Below are positions 26,655-35,672 of a DNA stretch of 63,786 nt, one piece after another. A program made the translations under genes and the position numbers. A model generated the notes under the pieces. That model was not told the origin of the DNA. It made no database searches and saw nothing but the letters and a program-made list of their open reading frames with translations. Origin of the DNA: an uncultured Candidatus Bathyarchaeia archaeon (GTDB lineage Archaea; Thermoproteota; Bathyarchaeia; 40CM-2-53-6; RBG-13-38-9); the NCBI GenBank assembly GCA_964346435.1, contig CAYFUV010000010.1, positions 1 through 63,786 on the forward strand, given 5' to 3'. How positions within the stretch are numbered: the stretch's first letter is position 1; every line of letters begins with the position of its first letter.

Positions 26655-28433
26655 ATGATCAATCGAGTACCACAATCCAAAATTTCGGAATTGACGCCCA
26701 TCGCTCTTTTAACAATTTTAATAATTGGCATTTTTTGCTCTTCATTCTCTCCACTTGTCTATGCTCAGAATGAAGATATATTCTTCGTCATGGGAACTCT
26801 TGGAAGCATCCAGCTAAATCCTATGATTGGTTATTCATATGGGCTTTATAGAAGCGTCCTTTATACTACCCTATTCAGATTGGACGAGAATCTAGAACCT
26901 CAACCTTGGCTGGCAACAGACTTTGAGAGGACTGATCCCAACGCTTGGAGAGTGAAAATCAGGGAGGATGCGAAATGGCACGATGGTGAACCCATTACAT
27001 CCGCTGATGTGAAATTCACTTTAGAGTTGATTGGTGAAGCTGGAGGCGTCATGTCGAGATTTGTAAAAGGAATATCGGAAGTGGAAACACAGAACGATTA
27101 TGTATTAATGGTAAAGACTGAACAACCAACACTCCTTGCTCCTTGGCTTACTTCAATTTACATATTACCAAAACATTATTGGGAAGCTAATGGAGCAATT
27201 GGAGGAAAAGCACTTGAGTTTGCTAATGTTCCTCCAATAGGATCTGGCCCATTTAAGTTCGTAGACTGGAAACCTGGAGAGAAAGTTGAGTTCGAAGCCT
27301 TTAATGATTTCTTCTTAGGGCGACCTAAGATTGATAAATTGATCTGGCAAATTTTTGCATCTCCGGAACCAATGATCGCCGCTCTAAAGACTGGTGAGAT
27401 TGATGCAGCTGATCAGATTCCAATAAAATTCCTAAGAGACCTAGAGCAGATTGAAGGAATCAAAACAGAGGTAATACCAAATTCAGCGTTATATGACATT
27501 TACATTAATCAAGCCCCATCCGATGAGAGAAAAGGTCATCCAGCATTACTGGACTTAAATGTAAGGCAAGCAATTTTCCATTCAATAGATAAAGAATATA
27601 TAAATGAGCAAGTTTATGACAGTCGCTTCTTCCCTGCGTTGAGCATTATGCCCGAAATAAGATCGAAATATTATTGTGATGATTGTCTGAAGATTAATCC
27701 CAAATTCGATTTAGAGAAAGCTACTCAAATACTTGATGAAGCTGGATATATGGATTTAAATGGTGATGGGATACGGGAGGGTCCAAAAAATGGACTTCCA
27801 CTTAATTTCCGTTGGTGGACAGCAAGCGATCAACCGGAGGGTGTGAGGATCGGTGAAATAATGAAGGAATGGTTCCAAGAGGTTGGAATGGATCTATCCG
27901 AAATTAAAGTCGTAGAAGGGGGCTCTCTTTGGGATTCAATAACGGTTCAGTTTGACTATGACTTGGTATACTGGAGTTGGAGCGTTCAGGATGAAAGTTC
28001 TATTCTTTACGTTTTCACCAGCGGTGCCTCTGGCGAACCAGTTTATTTTAGCAGTAGCCAATATAGAAACCCAGAATTTGACGAGCTTTATCAAAAACAA
28101 CTGCTTGCTCAGAATGAGGAAGAGAGAGTAGAGGCAATCAAAACTGCTCAGAAACATATTATCGAGAATGCAGTTGAACTAGTCTTAGTTTATCCGGGAG
28201 TGGTATCTGCATGGTGGGATAGCAAATGGATAGGAACGGTTTCTGAGCCAACTGGATCATTTCACTATGGCAATCTTAATTCTCAGATGTTCCTTGATAT
28301 TAAACCGGTCGGAATAGGTCCCCCCCTAAGACCATACGGAATATCTTATGTCTCTTTTATACTATCGATTGCTGTAGTAGTTCTAATAGCGATAGCAGTT
28401 CTATACATACTTATGCGAAAAAGAAAGCGTTAA
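26655..28433 (+). CDS. family-5 (Opp/Dpp-type) substrate-binding protein with N-terminal signal and C-terminal TM anchor
   Basis: 592 aa; SBP_bac_5-like core and a C-terminal ISYVSFILSIAVVVLIAIAVLYILMRKRKR. Confidence 0.9.
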   Translation: MINRVPQSKISELTPIALLTILIIGIFCSSFSPLVYAQNEDIFFVMGTLGSIQLNPMIGYSYGLYRSVLYTTLFRLDENLEPQPWLATDFERTDPNAWRVKIREDAKWHDGEPITSADVKFTLELIGEAGGVMSRFVKGISEVETQNDYVLMVKTEQPTLLAPWLTSIYILPKHYWEANGAIGGKALEFANVPPIGSGPFKFVDWKPGEKVEFEAFNDFFLGRPKIDKLIWQIFASPEPMIAALKTGEIDAADQIPIKFLRDLEQIEGIKTEVIPNSALYDIYINQAPSDERKGHPALLDLNVRQAIFHSIDKEYINEQVYDSRFFPALSIMPEIRSKYYCDDCLKINPKFDLEKATQILDEAGYMDLNGDGIREGPKNGLPLNFRWWTASDQPEGVRIGEIMKEWFQEVGMDLSEIKVVEGGSLWDSITVQFDYDLVYWSWSVQDESSILYVFTSGASGEPVYFSSSQYRNPEFDELYQKQLLAQNEEERVEAIKTAQKHIIENAVELVLVYPGVVSAWWDSKWIGTVSEPTGSFHYGNLNSQMFLDIKPVGIGPPLRPYGISYVSFILSIAVVVLIAIAVLYILMRKRKR

Positions 28434-28458
28434 TTACGCAACCTTCAAAACGCGATTT

Positions 28459-29430
28459 GTGTCGGAGGTCCTTATACTTATGGCGCTTCTTGAAATCCAA
28501 AATTTAGGGGTTCATTATGCTACAATGAAGGGGCCGGTAAAAGCTGTTGATATGGTTTCAATCCCTATTGAGACGGGTAACATATTGGGGATAGCTGGGG
28601 AGTCAGGTTGCGGAAAAACTACATTGGCCCTTTCTCTCATGAGACTACTTCCGACTAATGCAAATATAGTTTCAGGAAAAATACTCCTTGAGAAAGTAGA
28701 CTTAACGAAGATGAGCGAGAATGAATTGCAGAAAATTAGATGGAAGGAAGTATCGATGGTTTTCCAAAATTCGATGAACGCTTTGAATCCGGTTAAGACA
28801 ATTGAAGAACAGCTCGCTGAGCCTATTATGATTCATGAGACTCCCGAAATGAGTCGGATTTCATCACGAGTAAAGGGACTTCTTGAAACGGTAGGAATCG
28901 ATCCTTCAAGGAGAAAAAATTACCCTCATGAATTTAGTGGAGGTATGAGACAGAGGGTTTTGATTGCTATGTCCATTGCCTGTAATCCTAAGGTCGTCAT
29001 TGCGGATGAACCCGTAACTGCACTTGATGTCATGATTCAAGCACAAATCATGGAGTTGATGAAGAAGTTACAAAAAGAGTTAAAGCTATCGATTATTTTG
29101 ATTAGCCATGATCTCTCGATAATAGCGGAAGTATGTGAAAAAGTGGCAATCATGTATGCTGGAAAGATAGTGGAGCATGGAAAAGTAGCGACGATCTTCG
29201 AGGATCCATTGCATCCATATACTCAACGTTTAATCAATGCATTTCCAAGCATAGTTGGACCATTGGGTACTATGGAGTCAATTCAAGGCAATCCACCAGA
29301 CTTGATAAATCCCCCAGAAGGATGTAGATTTTATCCAAGATGTTTTATAGCAACACCCATATGTCAGAAATTAGAACCTAAGCTCATGGAGTTTGGGAAA
29401 AGTCACTATGCAGCCTGCCATGCATTGTAG
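28459..29430 (+). CDS. oligopeptide ABC transporter ATP-binding protein (OppD-like)
   Basis: GESGCGKTT, FSGGMRQR, IADEP and a C-terminal oligo_HPY region. The likely start is the ATG at 28480. Confidence 0.9.
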   Translation: MSEVLILMALLEIQNLGVHYATMKGPVKAVDMVSIPIETGNILGIAGESGCGKTTLALSLMRLLPTNANIVSGKILLEKVDLTKMSENELQKIRWKEVSMVFQNSMNALNPVKTIEEQLAEPIMIHETPEMSRISSRVKGLLETVGIDPSRRKNYPHEFSGGMRQRVLIAMSIACNPKVVIADEPVTALDVMIQAQIMELMKKLQKELKLSIILISHDLSIIAEVCEKVAIMYAGKIVEHGKVATIFEDPLHPYTQRLINAFPSIVGPLGTMESIQGNPPDLINPPEGCRFYPRCFIATPICQKLEPKLMEFGKSHYAACHAL

Positions 29431-30451
29431 AGATCCTCGTATCAATCCTGGAGAGGTTCTATTAGATATCAAAAACTTGACTGTGAAATTTCCTGTTAGA
29501 ACTAGTTTCTTATCAACTCTTCTCTCAAAAGATATTGCTTATGTTCATGCAATCGATAAAGTGAGTTTTCGGATTCAAAGTGGAGAGATTTTCTGTCTTG
29601 TTGGGGAAAGTGGTAGCGGAAAGACAACCCTGGCCAAAACTATAGTCAATCTTTTAAAACCAACATCAGGAAGTTTGATCTTTAATGGAAAGAACTTGGA
29701 TTTACTTTCGAAGCAAGAGATGAGAGAACTTAGACGCGAAATTCAAATGATTTTCCAAGATCCATATGCATCACTAAATCCTCATATGACCGTATTTGAT
29801 GAAGTCTTAGAACCAATTATTGTTAATGATTTTGTGGAAGGAACTGACGAAAGAGAAAAACTTGTTTTTGAAGCGTTGAGCGATGTCGAACTTAAACCTC
29901 CTGAGATCTTTTTCAATAAATATCCCCACCAGCTAAGTGGAGGTCAAAGGCAACGCGTTGCCATAGCAACGGCACTTGTTCTCAAACCAAAATTCATTAT
30001 TGCTGACGAGCCTGTCTCGATGCTTGACGCATCTGTACGTTCAGAGGTTCTAAATCTTATGATTAATTTAAAGAAAAAACTTAATCTAACCTACCTCTTC
30101 ATAACCCATGACCTTGCTGTAGCTAGAAACATTGGTGATAGAATTGCAGTTATTTATCTTGGCAGGATCTTGGAGATGGGGAATGTAAGAGAGGTAATAG
30201 AGAAGCCTCTAAATCCTTATACTAAGGCCTTGATTTCTGTTGTACCGTTACCTAAACCTCGCCCTAATCGAAAGAAGACTCTTCTCAGGGGTGAGATACC
30301 GAGTGCTATCGATTTACCTTCTGGATGTAGATTTAATAATAGATGCCCAATGGTTGAGAATAAGTGTAAGGAAGAAGAACCTATCCTCCGAGAGATAACA
30401 CCTAATCATTATTCGGCATGTCATTTTGCGGAGCGTTTAGTTGCTCATTAA
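29393..30451 (+). CDS. oligopeptide ABC transporter ATP-binding protein (OppF-like)
   Basis: GESGSGKTT, LSGGQRQR, IADEP, C-terminal CRFNNRCP. Confidence 0.9.
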   Translation: MGKVTMQPAMHCRDPRINPGEVLLDIKNLTVKFPVRTSFLSTLLSKDIAYVHAIDKVSFRIQSGEIFCLVGESGSGKTTLAKTIVNLLKPTSGSLIFNGKNLDLLSKQEMRELRREIQMIFQDPYASLNPHMTVFDEVLEPIIVNDFVEGTDEREKLVFEALSDVELKPPEIFFNKYPHQLSGGQRQRVAIATALVLKPKFIIADEPVSMLDASVRSEVLNLMINLKKKLNLTYLFITHDLAVARNIGDRIAVIYLGRILEMGNVREVIEKPLNPYTKALISVVPLPKPRPNRKKTLLRGEIPSAIDLPSGCRFNNRCPMVENKCKEEEPILREITPNHYSACHFAERLVAH

Positions 30452-30491
30452 GAGAAGCCTGCAATTCCATATTGTATTTAAAAATTAAAGA

Positions 30492-31736
30492 TTAACCTGA
30501 AAATTCAAACCTCAAATATTTAGTAGATTCTCTGAATCTATTGAATAGATCTTGCTTATCTCTTCCCCCAAGATTTATTACGCAATATCGAAAACTTCCC
30601 ATGTCCTGTAATCCATTAGATAATCTAGCCCCCTTCTTGCCAAATATTTCAACTCTGGCATCAGGGTTTTTCTTCTTAAAAGAATCAAGTTCTTGTTTTG
30701 AGGGTAATTTCTTAATTTCCTTATCTTTGAAAGTACGAAGTACAAAACTTGCCGCAGTTTTATACTTGCCAGCATTCTCTTTAGATATTGGCTCTTTTCC
30801 TAAAGAAAGAGCTAATTGTATTTCGTATGTATTTACGCCGTTTACTTTCTCCATAATGTCTGCAAATTGTGAACACATTCTTGGATTGATTTCAATTATA
30901 TGAATTGCATTAGTTATGGGATTATATATCATCTCGATATTGAATAGACCTCCATCAAAATTTATGTCCCGAATTATTTTTTTTGCTATATCGATCATCC
31001 TTTTTTGGATCTCTCCATCTAGTTTAGATGGATAATCAAATCTTTGGAAGCTTATGGTTTTTGGGTACATTATAGAGTCAACTATTCCGATGATCTCGAT
31101 CTTATCGTTATAAGAATAACCTTCTACGGTTACTTGACAACCTTCTAATAATTTTTCTGCTATCAGATAATTTGCATTTAATTCAAATCGACTATGCTTT
31201 TCTAATAATTGGTTGAGTGGAACTACAAATCTTGATAAATGATTCTTTGATAATTCAACAAACTTTCTAAATTCTTCTGAATTATTAACCCTGCTCGCAA
31301 AAATAGAAAAAAATGATTTAACAGGTTTTATGAAAAAAGGAAAATCAAAAGGCACCTTTAAGTTACTTTCATAAGGATTAATCAATTTAAATTCAGGTAC
31401 TGCTTCCGGAACAGATCTAAGTTGAGCCTGCCTTGAATAATATTTATGCTGACATAAGAGAACCTTTTCTGGTTCTACTCCTGGGAGACCAATATCCTTT
31501 GATAAGATAGCTGATATAATTGATCCGGGGTAATCATGTGTGCCCATCACCCCATCAATTTCTTTCTTTTCTAGATCTTCTAAAGCGCGCTTTAAAAACA
31601 AGAGTGCGTCGAATTTGTGTAGATAATTCCTAGGGTTGTCCCCATAAAAGTTATAATGGTATTTTGATCTCGATTCTAATCTGTTAAGTTCCCTCACATC
31701 TCTTTCGGTTGGGCAAACCACAGCAATAGTCTTCAT
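30492..31736 (-). CDS. ATP-grasp domain protein (carboxylate-amine ligase-like), specificity unknown
   Basis: 414 aa; pre-ATP-grasp N-terminus, FFIKPVKS, IIEINPRM segments. Confidence 0.7.
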   Translation of the reverse strand: MKTIAVVCPTERDVRELNRLESRSKYHYNFYGDNPRNYLHKFDALLFLKRALEDLEKKEIDGVMGTHDYPGSIISAILSKDIGLPGVEPEKVLLCQHKYYSRQAQLRSVPEAVPEFKLINPYESNLKVPFDFPFFIKPVKSFFSIFASRVNNSEEFRKFVELSKNHLSRFVVPLNQLLEKHSRFELNANYLIAEKLLEGCQVTVEGYSYNDKIEIIGIVDSIMYPKTISFQRFDYPSKLDGEIQKRMIDIAKKIIRDINFDGGLFNIEMIYNPITNAIHIIEINPRMCSQFADIMEKVNGVNTYEIQLALSLGKEPISKENAGKYKTAASFVLRTFKDKEIKKLPSKQELDSFKKKNPDARVEIFGKKGARLSNGLQDMGSFRYCVINLGGRDKQDLFNRFRESTKYLRFEFSG

Positions 31737-31818
31737 GCTCTAGAATTATATGATCCTTGAATGATATATTATGTATGATGCCAACTTCAGGATACTGTAA
31801 AATCGGAGTTATAATGCT

Positions 31819-32514
31819 TTGAATATGTGGCACACTTCTATCACGATTGCTATCATTTTAGCACTTTTACATATTATTGGTGAAATTTTTTCTAAGCATA
31901 TCGAACGTTATCATATAAAGCTCTTAAGTTTTGGATCAGGATTTATAGCCGGTACCCTCTTCCTTGAGATAATACCCTACGTTGTTAGAGGTGAAATCCA
32001 CTTAGGGCATTATATCTACATCTTCTTTTTTGCAGGATTTGTTCTAATCCATGTTCTGGAAAAGATATTCTACCAAAAAGCCTCTGGTAAAACTGAGTTT
32101 GTGATGGACATAATCCGATTTCAGACTTTAGGCTTACTCGCCTATGGGCTGCTTATTGGGGTAATTATAGTAGTTTTTGTCGAAGCTTACGGGGATATTG
32201 CCTATTTAATCCTTGCTCCATTCTATGTGCGAACTTTTACAATTTCTGTTTTTTCGAAACATATTATCGAAAAAATCGGCAGTGTAGTATACCGAATATT
32301 GGGATCCGTAGGTCCAATAATTGGGGTTATTGTTAGCTTGTTTTTAATTACAGATAAAGAAACACTTTTTCTTGTCCTCTCAATATCAGTAGGTGCAATT
32401 CTATATATAGTAGTAAGAGACATGATCCCTCTTGGAAGAGAGGGAAAACCAATCTTTTTTGTATTAGGCGCATTAATTGCTGTTTTAGTAACCCTTATCT
32501 TCGGGACACTGTGA
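31819..32514 (+). CDS. polytopic membrane protein (ZIP-like topology, canonical metal motifs not seen)
   Basis: 231 aa, about 7-8 TM. The stop overlaps the GTG at 32511 of the longest glucokinase ORF. Confidence 0.45.
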   Translation: MNMWHTSITIAIILALLHIIGEIFSKHIERYHIKLLSFGSGFIAGTLFLEIIPYVVRGEIHLGHYIYIFFFAGFVLIHVLEKIFYQKASGKTEFVMDIIRFQTLGLLAYGLLIGVIIVVFVEAYGDIAYLILAPFYVRTFTISVFSKHIIEKIGSVVYRILGSVGPIIGVIVSLFLITDKETLFLVLSISVGAILYIVVRDMIPLGREGKPIFFVLGALIAVLVTLIFGTL

Positions 32515-33545
32515 AGTTCGCGCCATTTTTTTCAAATATAGGGTTGAAAATTATGGGATTGATGAAAATGGAGCAAAAATCTAAGGAACCATTGGCACTT
32601 GGTGTTGATTTAGGAGGAACTAAGGTTAAGACAGCATTAGTTGACGCTAATGGCATAATTTTATCCGTCCATAAATATCCAACTAATACAGAAAAAGGCG
32701 CTGATGGAAATATTGAAGATATATTGAAATGCATAGATGGCTGCCTTCAAAAAACCAGGCAAAAGGCAAAAGCACTCGGAATAGGCATCGCAGCTCAAGT
32801 CGATTCAAAAGGTGTAGTATGCAACGCGACTAACTTGAGATGGCGAAATGTTCCATTAAGAAAAATACTTGAAGAAAAATTAAAAATTCCTGTATCGGTT
32901 CTTAACGACGTGAAAGCTGCTACATGGGGAGAATGGCGTTATGGCTCAGGAAAGAATGTAGATGATCTGGTCGTTCTTTTTATTGGAACAGGAGTGGGTG
33001 GGGGCATCATAAGTGGTGGGCGAATGATAATTGGTTGTAATAATAATGGTGGCGAATTAGGTCACATTACTATAGTTACAGATGGCCGAAAATGTCACTG
33101 CCCTAATAATGGTTGTTTAGAAGCATATACCGGAGGTTGGGCTATTGCCGAAAGAGCTCAAGAAGCTGTACGTGCTGATACAACAAAAGACCGGCGCCTT
33201 TTATCCCTAGCAGAGAGAATTGAAAATATCACAGCTAAGACAGTAGCTCAGGCCTATCATGAGAAAGATCCTTTGGCTATTCAATTGATTAAGGAAACTG
33301 GACAATACCTTGGTGCTGGGGTTGTTAGCATAGTAAATGCACTAAATCCATGCATTCTCACTCTTGGAGGTGGCGTCATTGAGGGCATCCCACAGTTAAT
33401 TAATTTTGCGGAAGAGGTTGCAAGAAAGAAAGCTATGACATTAGCTTTGAAAGATATAATAATTACCAAAGCAGCGCTTGGCAGTAATGCCGGCGTTATT
33501 GGTGCGGCAACTTTTGCTCAAAGCAAAATTAGGAAAATTTTGTAA
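32511..33545 (+). CDS. glk: ROK-family glucokinase
   Basis: LGVDLGGTKV, LNDVKAATWGE, the zinc motif GHITIVTDGRKCHCPNNGCLEAY. The true start is probably one of the Mets near 32544-32559. Confidence 0.85.
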   Translation: MKFAPFFSNIGLKIMGLMKMEQKSKEPLALGVDLGGTKVKTALVDANGIILSVHKYPTNTEKGADGNIEDILKCIDGCLQKTRQKAKALGIGIAAQVDSKGVVCNATNLRWRNVPLRKILEEKLKIPVSVLNDVKAATWGEWRYGSGKNVDDLVVLFIGTGVGGGIISGGRMIIGCNNNGGELGHITIVTDGRKCHCPNNGCLEAYTGGWAIAERAQEAVRADTTKDRRLLSLAERIENITAKTVAQAYHEKDPLAIQLIKETGQYLGAGVVSIVNALNPCILTLGGGVIEGIPQLINFAEEVARKKAMTLALKDIIITKAALGSNAGVIGAATFAQSKIRKIL

Positions 33546-33598
33546 ATGAAACATTCTAAAAAGTCATCATATGATTTTTTTTAAGCGCCGACACCTTA

Positions 33599-33621
33599 AT
33601 CACAATATAGTGTAATGTGAT
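33599..33621. promoter_or_regulatory. inverted repeat ATCACA-N11-TGTGAT immediately upstream of tkt
   Basis: Read directly; ends 6 nt before the tkt ATG (33627), in the 81-nt glk-tkt spacer. Confidence 0.3.
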
Positions 33622-33626
33622 CGCTT

Positions 33627-35645
33627 ATGAAGAATTTAGATGAACTTTGTGTGAACACTATTCGGTTTTTAGCTGTGGACGCTGTTGAAAAAGCAAAATC
33701 TGGCCATCCTGGTTTGCCGCTTGGCGCAGCACCAATGGCATATATTTTATGGGATCGATTTTTGCGTCATAATCCAAATAATCCTCATTGGATCAATCGC
33801 GATCGTTTTATTCTCTCAGCGGGTCACGGTTCAGCATTACTTTACTCACTCCTCCATCTTTATGGTTATGACCTGCCTTTAAAAGAAATGAAAAAATTCC
33901 GTCAGTGGAAGAGTAAGACTCCAGGTCATCCAGAATATGGCTTGACGCCAGGTGTGGAAGTTACTACTGGCCCTTTAGGGCAAGGTTTTGCCATGGGTAT
34001 TGGAATGGCAATGGCTGAAAGCTTTCTATCTAATTGCTTCAATCATCCTAATTTCAATGTAATAGATCATTATACATACGCTATCGTTTCGGATGGCGAT
34101 CTTATGGAAGGTGTAAGTTCAGAGGCGGCATCCCTTGCAGCCACTCTGCGGTTGGGTAAGGTGATTTATCTATATGATGATAACCATATCTCGATCGAGG
34201 GCGAAACTGACATTGCGTTTACTGAGAATGTCCAGCAAAGGTTTGAAGCCTACGGGTGGCACGTCCTTCAAGTTCCTGATGGAAATGACCTTCAAAAGAT
34301 CGATGAGGCCATCCAGAAAGCTCAAGCAAAAAAGGACATGCCTACAATAATCATTGTTAGAACACATATCGGTTATGGAAGTCCAAAACAAGATACTGCA
34401 GAGGTTCATGGCGAACCATTGGGCCAAGAGAGTCTGTTAGCAACAAAGAAATTTTTGGATTGGCCATCCGAACCGAATTTCTATATTCCTGAAGAGGCAT
34501 TAAATCATTTTCGCATAGCTGTTGAAAAAGGCAAGAGATTAGAAGATGGATGGTTAACTTTACTGGATGAGTATAAAAAAGGAGAGCCAGAGCTAGCTGC
34601 TCAATTCGAACAGATGTTGAAAGGCAAACTTCCTGTTAAATGGAAAAGCTACTTGCCTATATTCGGCCAAAAAGATGGACCAATGGCAACGCGTAGTGCC
34701 TCAGGCAAAGTGATGAATGTACTTAGTCAGAAACTACATTCATTAGGCAAAGCATCACATCACTTCTTAGTAGGAGGTTCAGCCGATCTTGCACCTTCCA
34801 CAAAAACAATTCTTATGGGATATGGAGACTTTGGTTATGGTAAATATTGTGCTCATAATCTTCACTTTGGCGTTCGTGAGCATGCTATGGGAGCTATTGC
34901 TAATGGTTTGGCCCTTCATAGCAATTTCATCCCATATACCGCCACTTTTTTGGTCTTTTCAGATTATATGCGTCCAGCAATTCGTTTCGCCGCATTAATG
35001 AAAGCCCACGTAATCTTCATATTTACTCACGATAGTATAGGCCTTGGAGAAGATGGTCCAACCCATCAGCCTATTGAACAATTAATGAGTTTAAGGACTA
35101 TTCCGGGACTAACTGTGATTAGACCTGCTGATGCTAATGAAGCATCAGTTGCCTGGGGAATAGCTATTGAACGTAAAGGTCCCACAGCCTTACTCTTTAC
35201 TCGCCAAAAATTACCTATTCTTGACCCTGAACGTTATCCAATTAAAGAAGGAGTTCCTAGAGGCGGTTATATATTAACTGAGGCTAACGGTAAAAATCCA
35301 GAAATCATATTATTGGCCACAGGATCAGAAGTACATTTGGCTTTATCTTCGAGTGAAGCTTTAGTAAAAGAAGGAATTAAAACAAGAGTAGTCTCTATGC
35401 CTTCATGGGAAATTTTTGAAGAGCAATCAAAAGATTATAGAAATCAAGTGCTCCAGCCAGATCCACCTAAACTCTCAATTGAAGCAGGAGTTACGTTAGG
35501 GTGGGGCAAATATATAGGAAAGAAGGGCAAAGCAATAGGATTAAATCGATTCGGCGCTTCTGCTCCAGGCGATATTGTCTATGAAAAACTCGGTTTCAAT
35601 GTTGGCAACATAGTAAAACATTCTTTAGAATTGTTAAATAAGTAA
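33627..35645 (+). CDS. tkt: transketolase, full-length single polypeptide
   Basis: 672 aa; [49 protein letters not shown]. Confidence 0.95.
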   Translation: MKNLDELCVNTIRFLAVDAVEKAKSGHPGLPLGAAPMAYILWDRFLRHNPNNPHWINRDRFILSAGHGSALLYSLLHLYGYDLPLKEMKKFRQWKSKTPGHPEYGLTPGVEVTTGPLGQGFAMGIGMAMAESFLSNCFNHPNFNVIDHYTYAIVSDGDLMEGVSSEAASLAATLRLGKVIYLYDDNHISIEGETDIAFTENVQQRFEAYGWHVLQVPDGNDLQKIDEAIQKAQAKKDMPTIIIVRTHIGYGSPKQDTAEVHGEPLGQESLLATKKFLDWPSEPNFYIPEEALNHFRIAVEKGKRLEDGWLTLLDEYKKGEPELAAQFEQMLKGKLPVKWKSYLPIFGQKDGPMATRSASGKVMNVLSQKLHSLGKASHHFLVGGSADLAPSTKTILMGYGDFGYGKYCAHNLHFGVREHAMGAIANGLALHSNFIPYTATFLVFSDYMRPAIRFAALMKAHVIFIFTHDSIGLGEDGPTHQPIEQLMSLRTIPGLTVIRPADANEASVAWGIAIERKGPTALLFTRQKLPILDPERYPIKEGVPRGGYILTEANGKNPEIILLATGSEVHLALSSSEALVKEGIKTRVVSMPSWEIFEEQSKDYRNQVLQPDPPKLSIEAGVTLGWGKYIGKKGKAIGLNRFGASAPGDIVYEKLGFNVGNIVKHSLELLNK

Positions 35646-35672
35646 GCAGAATGGCAATCGTAAGGTGGGAAA

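Noticed and set aside
29393-29430. 38-nt overlap between oppD and oppF as a possible frameshift or fusion
   Set aside because: Both proteins are complete with their own Walker A/B motifs and C-terminal domains. The overlap disappears if oppF starts at the internal ATG at about 29408 (MQPAM...). This is ordinary start-codon ambiguity.
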